A stretch of DNA of 64,000 nucleotides, from the NCBI GenBank assembly GCA_002269645.1, contig NIVC01002497.1:104282-168281 (forward strand), given 5' to 3'. This DNA is from Macrostomum lignano (lineage: Eukaryota). The notes under the pieces were generated by a model. That model searched no databases. It was not told where the DNA came from and saw only the letters and a list, made by a program, of their open reading frames with translations. Of the stretch, positions 1-13,350 are shown in pieces. The position numbers were made by a program, and so were the translations under genes. How positions within the stretch are numbered: position 1 is the first letter of the stretch; each line of letters starts with the position of its first letter.

Positions 1-250
1 ACATCACCGCATTAGAGATGCTGTTGTACTCAGCAGTCTGTGTGCCCCACGAGTTGAACTGCTTCTGCTGCACTTGAATCACGTCGCCAGAGTGCGGCAT
101 GATGAATGAGACTCGCCGCTGCGGGGATCAAGGACTGGACTTGAGTACTTACTGATAGTGTCCACCTGACATGAAGTGTATGTGCTGAGCCGAAAATATA
201 GTTACAATGTAATATGGTACATTTTGCTATACCATAATCCCAATCCCTGT

Positions 251-915
251 CCTGGCTATCCCACTCCCTATCCTGACTATCCCACTCCCTATCCTGACTA
301 TCCCACTCGGTCTCCTGACTATCCCACTCCCTATCCTGACTATCCCACCCCCTCTCCTGACTATCCCACTCCCTATCCTGACTATCCCACTCCCTATCCT
401 GACTATCCCACTCGGTCTCCTGACTATCCCACTCCCTATCCTGACTATCCCACTCCCTCTCCTGACTATCCCACTCCCTATCCTGACTATCCCACTCCCT
501 ATCCTGACTATCCCACTCGGTCTCCTGACTATCCCACTCCCTATCCTGACTATCCCACTCCCTCTCCTGACTATCCCACTCCCTATCCTGACTATCCCAT
601 TCCCTCTCCTGACTATCCCTCTCCCTCTCCTGACTATCCTACTCCCTATCCTGACTATCCTACTCCCTATCCTGACTATCCCACTCCCTATTCTGACTAT
701 CCCACTCCCTATCCTGACTATCCCACTCCCTCTCCTGACTATCCCACTCCCTCTCCTGACTATCCCACTCCCTATCCTGACTATCCCACTCCCTATCCTG
801 ACTATCCCACTCCCTATCCTGACTATCCCACTCGGTCTCCTGACTATCCCACTCCCTCTCCTGACTATCCAACTCGGTCTCCTGGCTATCCAACTCGGTC
901 TCCTGGCTATCCCTA
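251..915. repeat. 21-bp minisatellite (CCTGACTATCCCACTCCCTAT)n
   Basis: Tandem units read directly; the array produces the PDYPTPY and QDREWDS pseudo-ORFs. Confidence 0.95.
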
Positions 916-1510
916 TAGGAAGTGGGATAGTCAGGATGGGGACAAATCAAGTAGTCTCATCCTCCTTGGGAAAACTGCACCTTTCTGATAGGCGCAGGTT
1001 TCTCTACAGTCTGCTGCGGTTCCTCCTCCTCCAATACCAGCGCGAGCTGACCCGGCCGTCCACCGCCGCCGCCTCCTCGGCTGTCCGATCGGCTGTCGTG
1101 ACTGGCAGGGACGGCCCGCCGGCGCGAACGGAGCTGACTGAGCGACTCGGCTCGAAAGTCGAACGCGCTGTATTTCCGAGTCTTTAATAGCATTGCTTTA
1201 ATAGCAGCAACTGGCTGGATACCGCTGTGCTGCAAATCTTCAATTAATAATTTATTGATACTTCCTCTGCTTCTCCAAGCAGAGTTGCTGCTTCCAGTCA
1301 GGAAGATTCTTTTGCAAGCTCTCAATGCTTTTGTTACGCATTTGCTGCAACGATTTTTCTTTATTGGGGTGCCCAGGTGCAGCTGATAACAAATCTCGGG
1401 GGGGGGGGGGTGAGGCAGCGCTGCGGAATTCTGCCGCAGCTGTTGCCTTTCTCAGCCAGCCCTTTGAAAGCCCTTTGCCAGCTGGCCTTGAAACAGAGTG
1501 TGCGCTTCAT

Positions 1511-1910
<400 letters not shown>

Positions 1911-2404
1911 CGCAGTCATAGACCACTGCAAGACTCAATGTAGAGGTAAAGAACGACCGGTGGTGATCTTTGTGACTTTATCAGGGGTTATCATTAAATA
2001 TTGAACAATCATGCCAAAAAGAGTGGACTTGACTTGTTGTCAAGCACTGGCTTCGAATTTATTTAAATGAACATGGAATGAAACAGGTTAGCTGTTGAAT
2101 TCAATATTGAACTTGAAAAATGTAAGCATTGGGTTCGCTTCAGCTTTGGTAGTTCGGAATAGGTGTTCAAATTTTTAAAAAATAATCGAGAAAGCTTTTA
2201 TACTTTCTCTATAGAAATACTCCTTCAGAAGAAACTTCTTTATAATCTAACTCGCTTGTTAATTTAGTATTATAGTATTCCTTGGTAGATCTACTTCAGT
2301 ATATTCAATATATTTCTTTGCTGTCCTTTTACATCCGCAGATGCAACCCTAACCCTAACCCTAACTCTAGCAAAAACATCTCTCCTATACCCGAACACCG
2401 ATCC

Positions 2405-4460
2405 TCATTCCACACCGAAGCTGCTGAGCATCTCCTCGGACTCGTCAGACAGCGGATCGTGATCACCGACCTTCCGTTTGAAAACCGCTTCGTCGCCGCC
2501 CTCATCAAGCAGAAAGTCGGGCAGTTGGCTCTCCAGAGCGGAAAACTGAAGCGACTTCTTCGAGGGCTTCAAATTGGGAAGGAGCAAGATAAGAGATTAG
2601 TAGAGGCTTTTATGAAGAGATATTTCAAACAAAAACTTACAGGCTTCTTAGACTTTTCCGGCTTTCCGGCCTTTTCCGGCTTTCCGGCCTTCTTCGGCTT
2701 TCCGGTCTTTTCCGGCTTTCCGGCCTTCTTTGGCTTTCCGGCCTTTGGCTTTCCAGCCTTTGACTTTCCGGCTTTTGGCTTTCCGGCTTTTGGCTTTCCG
2801 GCCTTTGGCTTTCCAGCCTTTGACTTTCCGGCTTTTGGCTTTCCGGCTTTTGGCTTTCCGGCCTTTGGCTTTCCAGCCTTTGACTTTCCGGCTTTTGGCT
2901 TTCCGGCTTTTGGCTTTCCGGCCTTTGGCTTTCCAGCTTTTGGCTTTCCAGCTTTTGGCTTTCCGGCTTTTGACTTTCCGGCTTTTGGCTTTCCGGCTTT
3001 TGGCTTTCCGGCCTTTGGCTTTCCGGCCTTTGGCTTTCCGGCCTTTGGCTTTCCGGCCTTTGGCTTTCCGGCTTTTGGCTTTCCGGCTTTTGAATTTTTG
3101 GGCAGGCCGGGCAACAGGATGACGCCGCAGACGCACTTCGGGCACATCGCCTTGCAGGCGGACTTCAGGCTGCGCAATCCGCTGCTGCTGGTGCGCGACT
3201 GAATCTCCTCGATGAGGTCTGCGGCCTCCTCGTTGCGGTCTGCCTTCTCTGTCAGCTCGGCGATCCATGACCGCTTCGTGGCCTCGACTTGCAGCTCGGG
3301 CTCTTCTTTGGAGGCATCGTCGGAATCAAAGGCCTCACCGCTGGATGCTCTCAGCCGGTCAGCTAGGCCGCGAGCCCAGCCTGAGACTTTGGGGCGTCAG
3401 ACAGGGACTTTTGGATTAGCGTCTCAATTGATTTTCCTAATCTGTTTGTGTCCAAAAAATCTGAATCATCTAATACAAGCTGTCTCAGTCTCATTCCATT
3501 ATTGAGATCTAACAGTAGTCTCACAGTTGTCTCACTGCATTAGTGAGATCTCACAGCAGTCTCACTCGATTAATGAGATCTCACACTAGTCTCATATCAT
3601 TATCAAGATCTCACAGTAGTTTCACATCATGGGTGAAATCTCAAAGTAGTCTCACTGCATCAGGGAGATCTCACAGTAGTCTTATTCCATTAGTGAGATC
3701 TCACAGTAGTCTCACTGCAGTAGTGAGATCTCACAGTAGTCTCACTTCATCAGTGAGATCTCACAGTAGTATCACTCCATTAGTGAGATCTCACAGTAGT
3801 CTCACTGCATTAATGAGATCTCACAGTAGTCTTATTCCATTAGTGAGATCTCACAGTAGTCTCACTCCATCAGTGAAATCTCACAGTAGTCTCACTGCAG
3901 TAGTGAGATCTCACAGTAGTCTCACTTCATCAGTGAGATCTCACAGTAGTATCACTCCATTAGTGAGATCTCACAGTAGTCTCACTTCATTAGTGAGATC
4001 TCACAGTAGTCTCACTGCATTAGTGAGATCTTTCATTCTTTCATACTCCTACATTACTAATGTGTAACTACATTACTAATGTAATGTAGTCTCACTACAT
4101 TAGTGAGATCTCACAGTAGTCTCACTTCATCAGTGAAATCTCAAAGTAGTCTCACTGCATCAGGGAGATCTCACATTAGTCTCACTCCATTAGTGAGATC
4201 TAACAGTAGTCTCACTGCAGTAGTGAGATCTCACAGTAGTCTCACTGCATTAATGAGATCTCACAGTAGTCTCACTACATTAATGAGATCTCAAAAGTTC
4301 TGGCTCTACTCCAGCCACCAGATCTCACCTCCCGGCGGCACTTCATGCATTGCATACCTGATTCATCATCTGGACTGTCAAAGTCATCCTCATGCAGCCG
4401 GCTGGGCCTCCCGGCAGCGCAGCCGAGGCTGGCCAGCAGCACCAGAAGCGCCAGGAGCAT
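2405..4460 (-). CDS. Predicted 3-exon secreted protein, about 334 aa: signal peptide, acidic region, Cys motif, Lys-rich (KAGKP)n tract, acidic tail
   Basis: Exons 4460-4358, 3380-2641 and 2566 (or 2545)-2405. GT-AG sites are phase-compatible (TCAG|GTATGC...TCTCAG|GC phase 1; CCT|GTAAGT...AG phase 0). N-terminus is MLLALLVLLASLGCAAG; the spliced frame is open to TGA. Confidence 0.75.
2653..3091 (-). repeat. 15-bp coding repeat, about 29 copies, encoding KAGKP and variants
   Basis: (GGCTTTCCGGCTTTT)n on plus; lies inside exon 2 of the gene above. Confidence 0.9.
3505..4295. repeat. 30-bp minisatellite (GAGATCTCACAGTAGTCTCACTGCATTAGT)n in intron 1 of the secreted-protein gene
   Basis: Tandem units, most containing the GAGATCTC palindrome. 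Confidence 0.93.
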
Positions 4461-5335
4461 TCCAGTATGTCGTCGCAGCTTCCCCGCTGCATCATATCTA
4501 ATGGCGTCTTTGAGCATGAGCTATAGATATTTGCTGAGAGAAATAAAAATATTATTTTCAGAGAATTGAATAACCTCAGAATGGCCGTCTAACTCGGTGA
4601 ATAAAAAGTCTCCGCAAGCAAATATCCAGGTTTAATAGAGGCAGCAGTGCTCAGTTCTGCCCTACCCCACATGGTGTGCGAATGCGAGTCTACACTGAGC
4701 TGTTTAGACTTGAGCATTCCAAGCCTGACACGAGCATGGAGCCTCACGTGTATCGTTGCATTTTCTGCCTTTGCCATTGTGCCTGAGAGATGAGGCTCTG
4801 ACCCTGCTCAGCAGCTGTGCGAGCTGCACTGCCTGGCTATCACTGGGCGGGGGGTTGAGGCAGAGAAAATAACAAAAATATTTCTGCTCTGCGTTCACTG
4901 AGTCAGTCGCCAAGTAGCAGAGAGTAGCTCACTTAAAAGCTGGGCTGCAGTGGCCACTGATATAAGCGGGGCTGCTATAGCAATGCGCTGCGTCTCTGCG
5001 CGAGTCCTTCTTATACTACTTGTTGTATTGTTTCAGTAGAAAGTCATGTTTTCCAAGTTATTTTGCGACAGATTCTTGAGAATACTCAAAAATGTATGAT
5101 TGACGGGGTGGTTCGACTGAGAAAGTTGCTCATGATTACTTAATCTTGTTCAAAGCGGAGATTTTATACATTTGGTGTCGAATATTGCCACGTCAACGTG
5201 AAATGCTTTGCTAGGTATGGTGAAAAGTTGATAGAGGCACAGATAAAGACGGCTTGTGAGAAAAGAGAAGGGTGAACTAAGAGAGTAGGATGAAGGTGGG
5301 AATGACTCAGAAACGAGGGTAGCTCAAAGTGCATG

Positions 5336-5623
5336 AGCGTGTAGATGGAGGGCAACAGAGGGTAGATGGAGGGCAACAGAGGGTAGATGAAAGGCAAAAG
5401 AGGATAGATGAAAGGCAACAGAGGGTAGATGAGGGGCAACAGAGGATAGATGAAAGGCAACAGAGGATAGATGAAAGGCAACAGAGGATAGATGAAAGGC
5501 AACAGAGGGTAGATGAGGGCAACAGAGGGTAGATGAAGGCAACAGAGGGTAGATGAGGGGCAACAGAGGGTAGATGAGGGGCAACAGAGGGTAGATGAGG
5601 ACAACAGAGGGTAGATGAAAGGC
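5336..5623. repeat. About 21-bp minisatellite (GGCAACAGAGGGTAGATGARR)n, left part
   Basis: Tandem units; the same array resumes at 8543. Confidence 0.93.
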
Positions 5624-8542
5624 TTCTTAGACTTAGCTGCAGGGCTGTCCCGAAGGGGACACAGCGGGAAGGCTCGGGCGCCCATTCCGCTAGTCCCTGA
5701 ACGGCCGACGCGTCGCTATGGACGGAGGGTTGGCGCCGCCCAGGGAGGTCCCCCAGTGTCGCCAGCAGCTATGGTGCTCTCTGGAAAGGAGAGTTCAGCC
5801 CTGCGGGTGGCCCGAAGGTAGCGCATGAGCTGATTAAAGTTTTCGGGTTTGCACGCTTCAGTAATAGATGTGTGTGGCCCGAGGTAAGTGAGTCTGGCCC
5901 GCGTGAAGGCGAGACAGATGCTGACGAAATGCTCAGCGGTTTCGTCACCTGAGTTGCAGAAACTACAGGTGGCGTTGGTGGCGTTGCCCTGCAGGTACTG
6001 GTGCCTGGAGAAGCAGCCGTGACCAGAGAGGGTCATGGTGGCAGCCCGGATGTCTCTGCGCGAGAGGCGCAAGAGGAGCTTCCGGAGCTGGTGAGAGGGC
6101 TGAGGGACAGCGCCTCTGGATTGCCTGCAGTTCGTGCGGTTCGCCCAAGTCGAGCGGTGCTGAGTCCTGATCCACGCTTTGATGCGCGAGTCGATGACAC
6201 AGCCAGGAATCGGGACAAGAGGTTCGGGGCCGAGAGAGGAGCCGGAGGCACCAACTTTTGCAAGGGTGTCAGCCAACTCATTTCCTCGGATCCCCACATG
6301 CCCCGGAACCCACTTAAGGGTAATTTTGTTGGCGGAACCCAACATGTTGAGGAGTTTGATACAGTCGAGGACTGTAGCAGAGTTGGTGCTGCAGCCACTG
6401 ATGGCGTGCAAGGCAGCTTGGCTGTCCGAATGGAAAATGATGTTCTTACCAGTAACGCCAGTGGCGAGAAGCTCTGCAGTGCAGGAGCTGATGGCCAGAA
6501 CTTCATTTTGGAAAACACTGGAGTTGACCCCAGTGTATTGAGCGTGGGTAGCGATGACCCTCCCGTTCAGAAAGATTCCAACACCAAAGCCGGTGTTGGC
6601 TGACTGCTTAGAACCGTCGGTGTAGCAATGAAGCTCACCAGGGTTCCATTGGTCATTGATTTTATCGCGCGAGTCGATAGCTACGGAGTAGCGCTGTCTC
6701 AGGTTGAGCGTTGAGGCAATGCCATCGGTGAAGACGCGATTGGCCTGACACTCGTTGAGAAAGTTGAGGCACAGATCGCTATGCGGGACAAGGTTCCGCT
6801 TAGCAGGTGCTCTCATGTAAATGAATTTGACGCCGGCATCAATTAGACGCCGCGTCGTTCTAGCCGCCTCACCCCTGATGAAGAGGTCAAGAGGCGGAAG
6901 ATTAAGGAAGGCCCCCATGCCAGCAAAGGGCGTGGACCTGGTGGCGTTGCAGATGAGCCTACACGCTCTGCCTTGGATCGTGTTGAGCAGGTCTGCATGG
7001 CTTTTGACCTGGGTAGCGCTAACCCAGACAACAGAGGCGTACGTAATGGCAGGTCTAACTACGGAAGTATAGATCCACCAAAGCCGCTTTGGGGATAGAC
7101 CCCAAGAAGTGCCAAGTGCTCGTCGGAGCTGGGCCAGGATGGCTGAGGCACGCTTGGCTTTTGCTTTCACGTGGGAGGACCAGTTGAGCCGGTGGTCAAG
7201 TATGACCCCGAGACATCTGGTCTGGTGCGCGAAGGCAATATCTCTGCCGTAGAGCTGCAGAGGACGTATGTTCCAGCGTAGTCTGCTGGTAAACATAATG
7301 GCAACGGTTTTGGGCTCAGAGAGTTCCAGACCATTGTCATTGGCCCAGGATTCTGCTTTGCGGATAAAGCTCTGCATCAGATCCCTGAGCGTGCTGGGAG
7401 ACGGTCCTGCCACAATGGCCGTGACGTCATCAGCATACCCGACTTTGAAGACGGGGTCGGGTCGGGAGTCACTCAAAAGAGCGTCCATGACCAGGTTCCA
7501 GAGCGTCGGGGTGAGGACTCCGCCTTGGGGTCCACCCTTACAGACTCTGGTGGAGGCAGTTTGCCCAAGAAGTTGGGCAGTGACCGTACGGTTGGAGATC
7601 ATGTACATGATCCACCGTATGAGGGTAGCATGAGCTTTGCGATTTTGAAGGGCCCTCTGAAACGCTTCAAAGATAACGTTGTCGAAGGCGCCAACAATGT
7701 CAAGAAAGAGAGCCAGAGCGTAACCGTCACCCAGTACCGCCCTTTCAATCTTCTCGACAATCGCATGCAAGGCGCTGTCAGTCGACCTCCCGGTACGGAA
7801 GGCGTGCTGATTATTGCTGAGGGGCATCGCTGTCAGCTCGCAGGACAGCAGCCGCCAGAGAATAAGCCTCTCAGTGAGCTTAAGCATTGCTGACGTTAAG
7901 CTAATAGGCCGGAAGGCCTTGACGCTTTGGTAGTCACCCTTCCCAGGTTTGGGAATAAAGACTACCCGAGCTTCAGTCCAGCATTTGGGAACGTATCCCA
8001 GCTGGATAGAGGCCCGCATAAGATTGCGGGTGAGTCTCAGGAACGAGGGTATCTTGGCTGCTTCACGAAGGAGAACAGGGTAGATACCATCAGGTCCAGG
8101 AGATTTGAAGGGTTTGAAGGTTCTGACCGCACGAGCGATTAGGTCTTCAGTGACAATGCCCGCCGCTAGGGTGGCTCCATCCATCGAATGGTTGGGCTCC
8201 GGTCTAGCAGTAGGTACCCTCGGGAAGAATGTGCTAAGCATATGCTGAAGCACTTCTTCAGGGTCTTTAGTAAGAGAGCCATCATCTTTTTTGATCATGG
8301 CTAATTTGGACATTTTGTCCATTGTAAGGGCCTTGACAAGCCTAGAAATAGGTCTGTCTTGATCCAATTCATTGCAGAATTGGCGCCACTTACATTCCTT
8401 GGCCTTGCGCACTTCAGATTTGAAATTGCGGGAGGCTTGCCGGAAAAGCTCCATGTCCTCCGGGTTTCCGGTCTTCATGGCACGGCGATGAAGGCTTTTG
8501 GCCTTCCGCCTGAGTTTCCCCAGCTCCGGGTTCCACCACGGC
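5624..8542 (-). mobile_element. 5'-truncated non-LTR retrotransposon, I-group/LOA-like (RT, RNase H, C-terminal Cys/His knuckle)
   Basis: Open ORF with KSPGPDGIYP, FRPISL, FLDIVGAFD, PQGGVLTP, GYADD, YTDGSK, SDSQAA, WVPGHVGIRGNELAD and CSFC...EHFVSIC. No APE domain. Candidate 11-bp TSD AGATGAAAGGC at 5613-5623 and 8543-8553. Clade assignment is from motif resemblance only. Confidence 0.9.
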
Positions 8543-8762
8543 AGATGAAAGGCAACAGAGGATAGATGAGGGGCAAAAGAGGGTAGATGAAAGGCAACAG
8601 AGGGTAGATGAAAGGCAACAGAGGGTAGATGAGGGGCAACAGAGGGTAGATGAGGGGCAACAGAGGGTAGATTAGGGGCAACAGAGGGTAGATGAGGGGC
8701 AACAGAGGGTAGATTAGGGGCAACAGAGGGTAGATGAGGGGCAACAGAGGGTAGGTGAGGGC
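8543..8762. repeat. About 21-bp minisatellite, right part of the array split by the LINE
   Basis: Same unit and orientation as 5336-5623. Confidence 0.93.
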
Positions 8763-9340
8763 ACATTCAATCAGTCAATAATCAATAATCACTAGTCAAC
8801 AATCAGAAGTCTCCAGCATTGAGAGGGCTGCAGCGCATACAGCAAGCTTAATTTTAAAGCAGCGGTTGCTAAGCATAAAAAGTACGATCGTTTATTAATT
8901 AAATCATCAGAGATTTTATAGAATTACCAACCAATTTCAAAGTTCCGAAATATGACTTTCTATTTACACTGCATCATTGAGTCAATCGCTCATAAGGAAG
9001 ATATTCAAAGCGGGTGAAGCCATTATTGTACATCGAACTATAGTCAGTTGCCAGGTGCAGTCAGAGCTACTCGACCCTATTGGCGCCGTTGCCGTGGTCG
9101 TCCTTTCCTATAAAATCGAAGTCAGGTGGGCGGAGGCCACAGGGTAGCCGGTTGGAAATTTTCAAAAAAAACACGCAATTGGTTTCAAATTAAAATTGGA
9201 TAGACATTGGCGATAGAATTTAAATAAAAATAGGTAGCTAGCGACTTCTGATAGAACATACTGTACTTTTGGACCTGCACGGCTTGCGAGTGTACTGCGT
9301 GTCCTTCATGTTCCAGCTGTCCATGACTGACTGTATCAAA

Positions 9341-9776
9341 TAGAAGAATGGGAAACCCCGCTTCTTGGAGAATTTTAGGAGGCCGGTTTTTTCCGATAAA
9401 AAATACACTACACGATAGGAATTTTTCATTTTTCAGCACAAAAATTGTGATTGCTTTCGATAGGAGGCAGACCCAATGTTTATCTTTTGATATGTTCTGC
9501 CATTCTTATAGCTGTATTGATTTTCATAAAGCTTTTCATTTGGTAAATTAGGATTCTATTTTAATTTTTTATTCTACGTACAATGGCACAGGTTGTGTCT
9601 AAAAAACCATTAAAATGACACGGCTCGGCTCGTTGGTTTTATGAATCTATTTTGTCATTCTTAGCGACTGTGTAACAGTGTGTAATAGAGACAAAACTTC
9701 CCATCTCCGCAGTGCATTCTTTCGGTAAAAGCTGCCTCCTAAAATTTTCCAAGAAACGGGGTTTCCCGTCCTTCTA
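9341..9776. mobile_element. Degenerate non-autonomous element with imperfect ~55-bp inverted repeats; dispersed family
   Basis: 9341-9396 is the approximate reverse complement of 9722-9776. Related sequence occurs at about 51720-51998 and 53542-53610. Confidence 0.55.
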
Positions 9777-10340
9777 CTACTTGAGTAGTCCATGACTGTA
9801 CTTTAATTGAGTGCAAGTTGTGCCCCAACAGAAGCTGCTGTCAGTGCTGCCAGTATGTATCGCATTAATCCGCTGAAATGATTCAATATCCTTCAAGCTT
9901 GGAAAGATTTAAGCGCTGACTATGTGGAATCTTTGATTTAATGATTCCTGTTTGCTTGCTACACAGATATAATCAAAGCCTTTAGTTGTTTTCACCACTA
10001 GCTAAATTAATAAGCTCTAAAAGGAATTTTCAATTTTAGAACCAAGCGAAACTACTTGTAGTAAATCATTGATTTGTGTGAAATTTTCATTCTATGTCTG
10101 TGGCCAAAGCTGGGACATCTTTGTTCAACGCTTGGATGTTAGTTTTCCCGCAGAGGAATTGCCCTACAAGAAAAATAAGCATTTTATGTAAATAATAAAC
10201 GCCGTTTAATTCACACTCTGTGGTTAGAATGTCCAGGTTGCATTTAATGGTCCCGAGGCGAGCGAAGCGAGATATTATGATATTATGATATTATATGATA
10301 TATCATATTATGATATTATGATATTATATTATGATATAAT

Positions 10341-10532
10341 GGGCCGTATGCAGAAAGCTTAGTCCAGACTAGCTAGTCCGGACTTGGGTAGTTCAGTCTA
10401 TAGTCTATGGTCCAGCTACCCAGTTCTGCTATAGTATACCGGTCTAACTTTGTGTTTCTGCATACCAAATCCAAGTCCAGACTAGCTTTTCAAGACCGGA
10501 CTACCCTAGACAGAGCTTTCTGCATACGGCCC
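10341..10532. mobile_element. 192-bp MITE, PIF/Harbinger-like
   Basis: Perfect 19-bp TIRs GGGCCGTATGCAGAAAGCT / AGCTTTCTGCATACGGCCC; 3-bp AAT on both sides. Confidence 0.8.
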
Positions 10533-11303
10533 AATATCCTAGTTTTTGTCAAAATTAACATAGACAACACATTCCCGGCTCAGAATAGTACAATTTTTTA
10601 ACGATTAAATAAGCAATCGTATTTTATATGCAGTTACTTAAGTCACCTGTACCTTCCGATAGAGGAGAGAATGCGGCGGAAAAACCGTCTGGATGCTTTT
10701 CACTTGAAAATTGGGGCTTAGAATCAATTTTCATTCCACAGCTTACTCGCAAAATAAGGAGTGACACATCTTAGGTTTAACTAATCTTAGTAGAATTCCC
10801 TAGACTAAGAAATCCCTGTTTAGAAAATTCGAACCCATGAGTTATGGAATTGCGGTAGTTCCACTCCCCAAGAGTTGTTAGTAATGCAGTAATTAGAGCC
10901 GGCTAACTCAAGCTTGGAGCATTTTGAGGAAAATAATGTGTACACAATAATAATTAGTGATGCAAAAGTTCCACCTTGAACTGTTGTTGCCACGGGGACC
11001 ATTGAGTCCTCAATATTGCGGTAAAGATCAAAGGTGTCAGGCCGGTCAAGGCGGTGAGTCAGTGAAGGGACTTGATGAGTACGTACGTGGCATTTCTGCG
11101 GTGCGACCCTCCGTGGTCTGCCACTGGATCGGCGCAGTGGTCAGCGGATTCGGGTGGGAAGGGGGTGGTTAGCAAATTGCCTGTTTGCTGCCAGCTGAGT
11201 AATTGGGACTCAATTCTAATCAATAACGATAAATAATTAGTGAAACAGAAGCAGATCTGCGGAGCCGTATGCTGCCGCGCGAGACTGGCGCTCCGGTCTG
11301 ACC

Positions 11304-12726
<1,423 letters not shown>

Positions 12727-13350
12727 TTAGGGCTGGAATTCGGTCAGACCACTGCCAGAGCCAGTTAAATCTGAAGTGCGCCACTCGAAAGCTTTAGACA
12801 AAACCGACTCGCATCAAAACAAAAAGAACTGAACGATAAAACAATTTTGAAGCTTTTGAATAAGCAGGAAGCTGATAGGCATCGGCCAGAATGAGAGGGC
12901 TGAATATAATAGGGGGAATGGGGTGGGGGAAAGTGACGAATGAGGACGGAATAGGATAGGCTGGGCGGAATAGGGGGTGGAATAAGGGGACTGGGGCAGA
13001 ATAAGAGGCGGAATAGGGGGGACTGGGGCGGATTGGGTGGAATATGGCGGAATAGGATGATAAGTTTAATCTCGAATTGAAGCCACGATTGTCAGACTGC
13101 CATGCAGCCTTTCACATTTACTTAAGTCGATATTGCCTAGTTATAGTTGAGGCGCACTTCAAGCTGACACGAATTGCTATGAAGTCACAAAGTATGAAAT
13201 CATATGAAATGCAAAATTGCACCACAGCCAATCGAAGTAGGTGAATGAGACTCACATCGAGTTAATTGCACTCAACAGGCAAGGAACAACAGGTAGATTA
13301 AAATTGAATCGTGTTACTAACTCAGCGCTAGCAGGCAATAAAGAGCTCAC

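Noticed and set aside
176-988. 270-aa PDYPTPY Tyr/Pro-rich ORF resembling a structural or eggshell protein
   Set aside because: GTG start, no signal peptide or supporting splice structure; it is fully explained by a 21-bp minisatellite that lacks stop codons.
957-1325. Minus-strand 122-aa ORF with a GC-rich core
   Set aside because: It may be an exon, but there is no domain, convincing start or linkable splice sites, so I cannot support a call.
2345-2364. (TTAGGG)3 telomere-like repeat
   Set aside because: Only three units, in the 3' flank of the secreted-protein gene; too short for a telomere relic or a four-tract G-quadruplex.
3505-4295. CRISPR-like appearance of the 30-, 34- and 26-bp arrays (also 19160-19565 and 20773-21490)
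   Set aside because: Units are directly adjacent with no unique spacers, there are no cas genes, and the context is eukaryotic.
8543-8766. N-terminal HLPSVAP repeats of the 1016-aa LINE ORF as a novel domain
   Set aside because: This is flanking minisatellite read in frame; the element is truncated at 8542.
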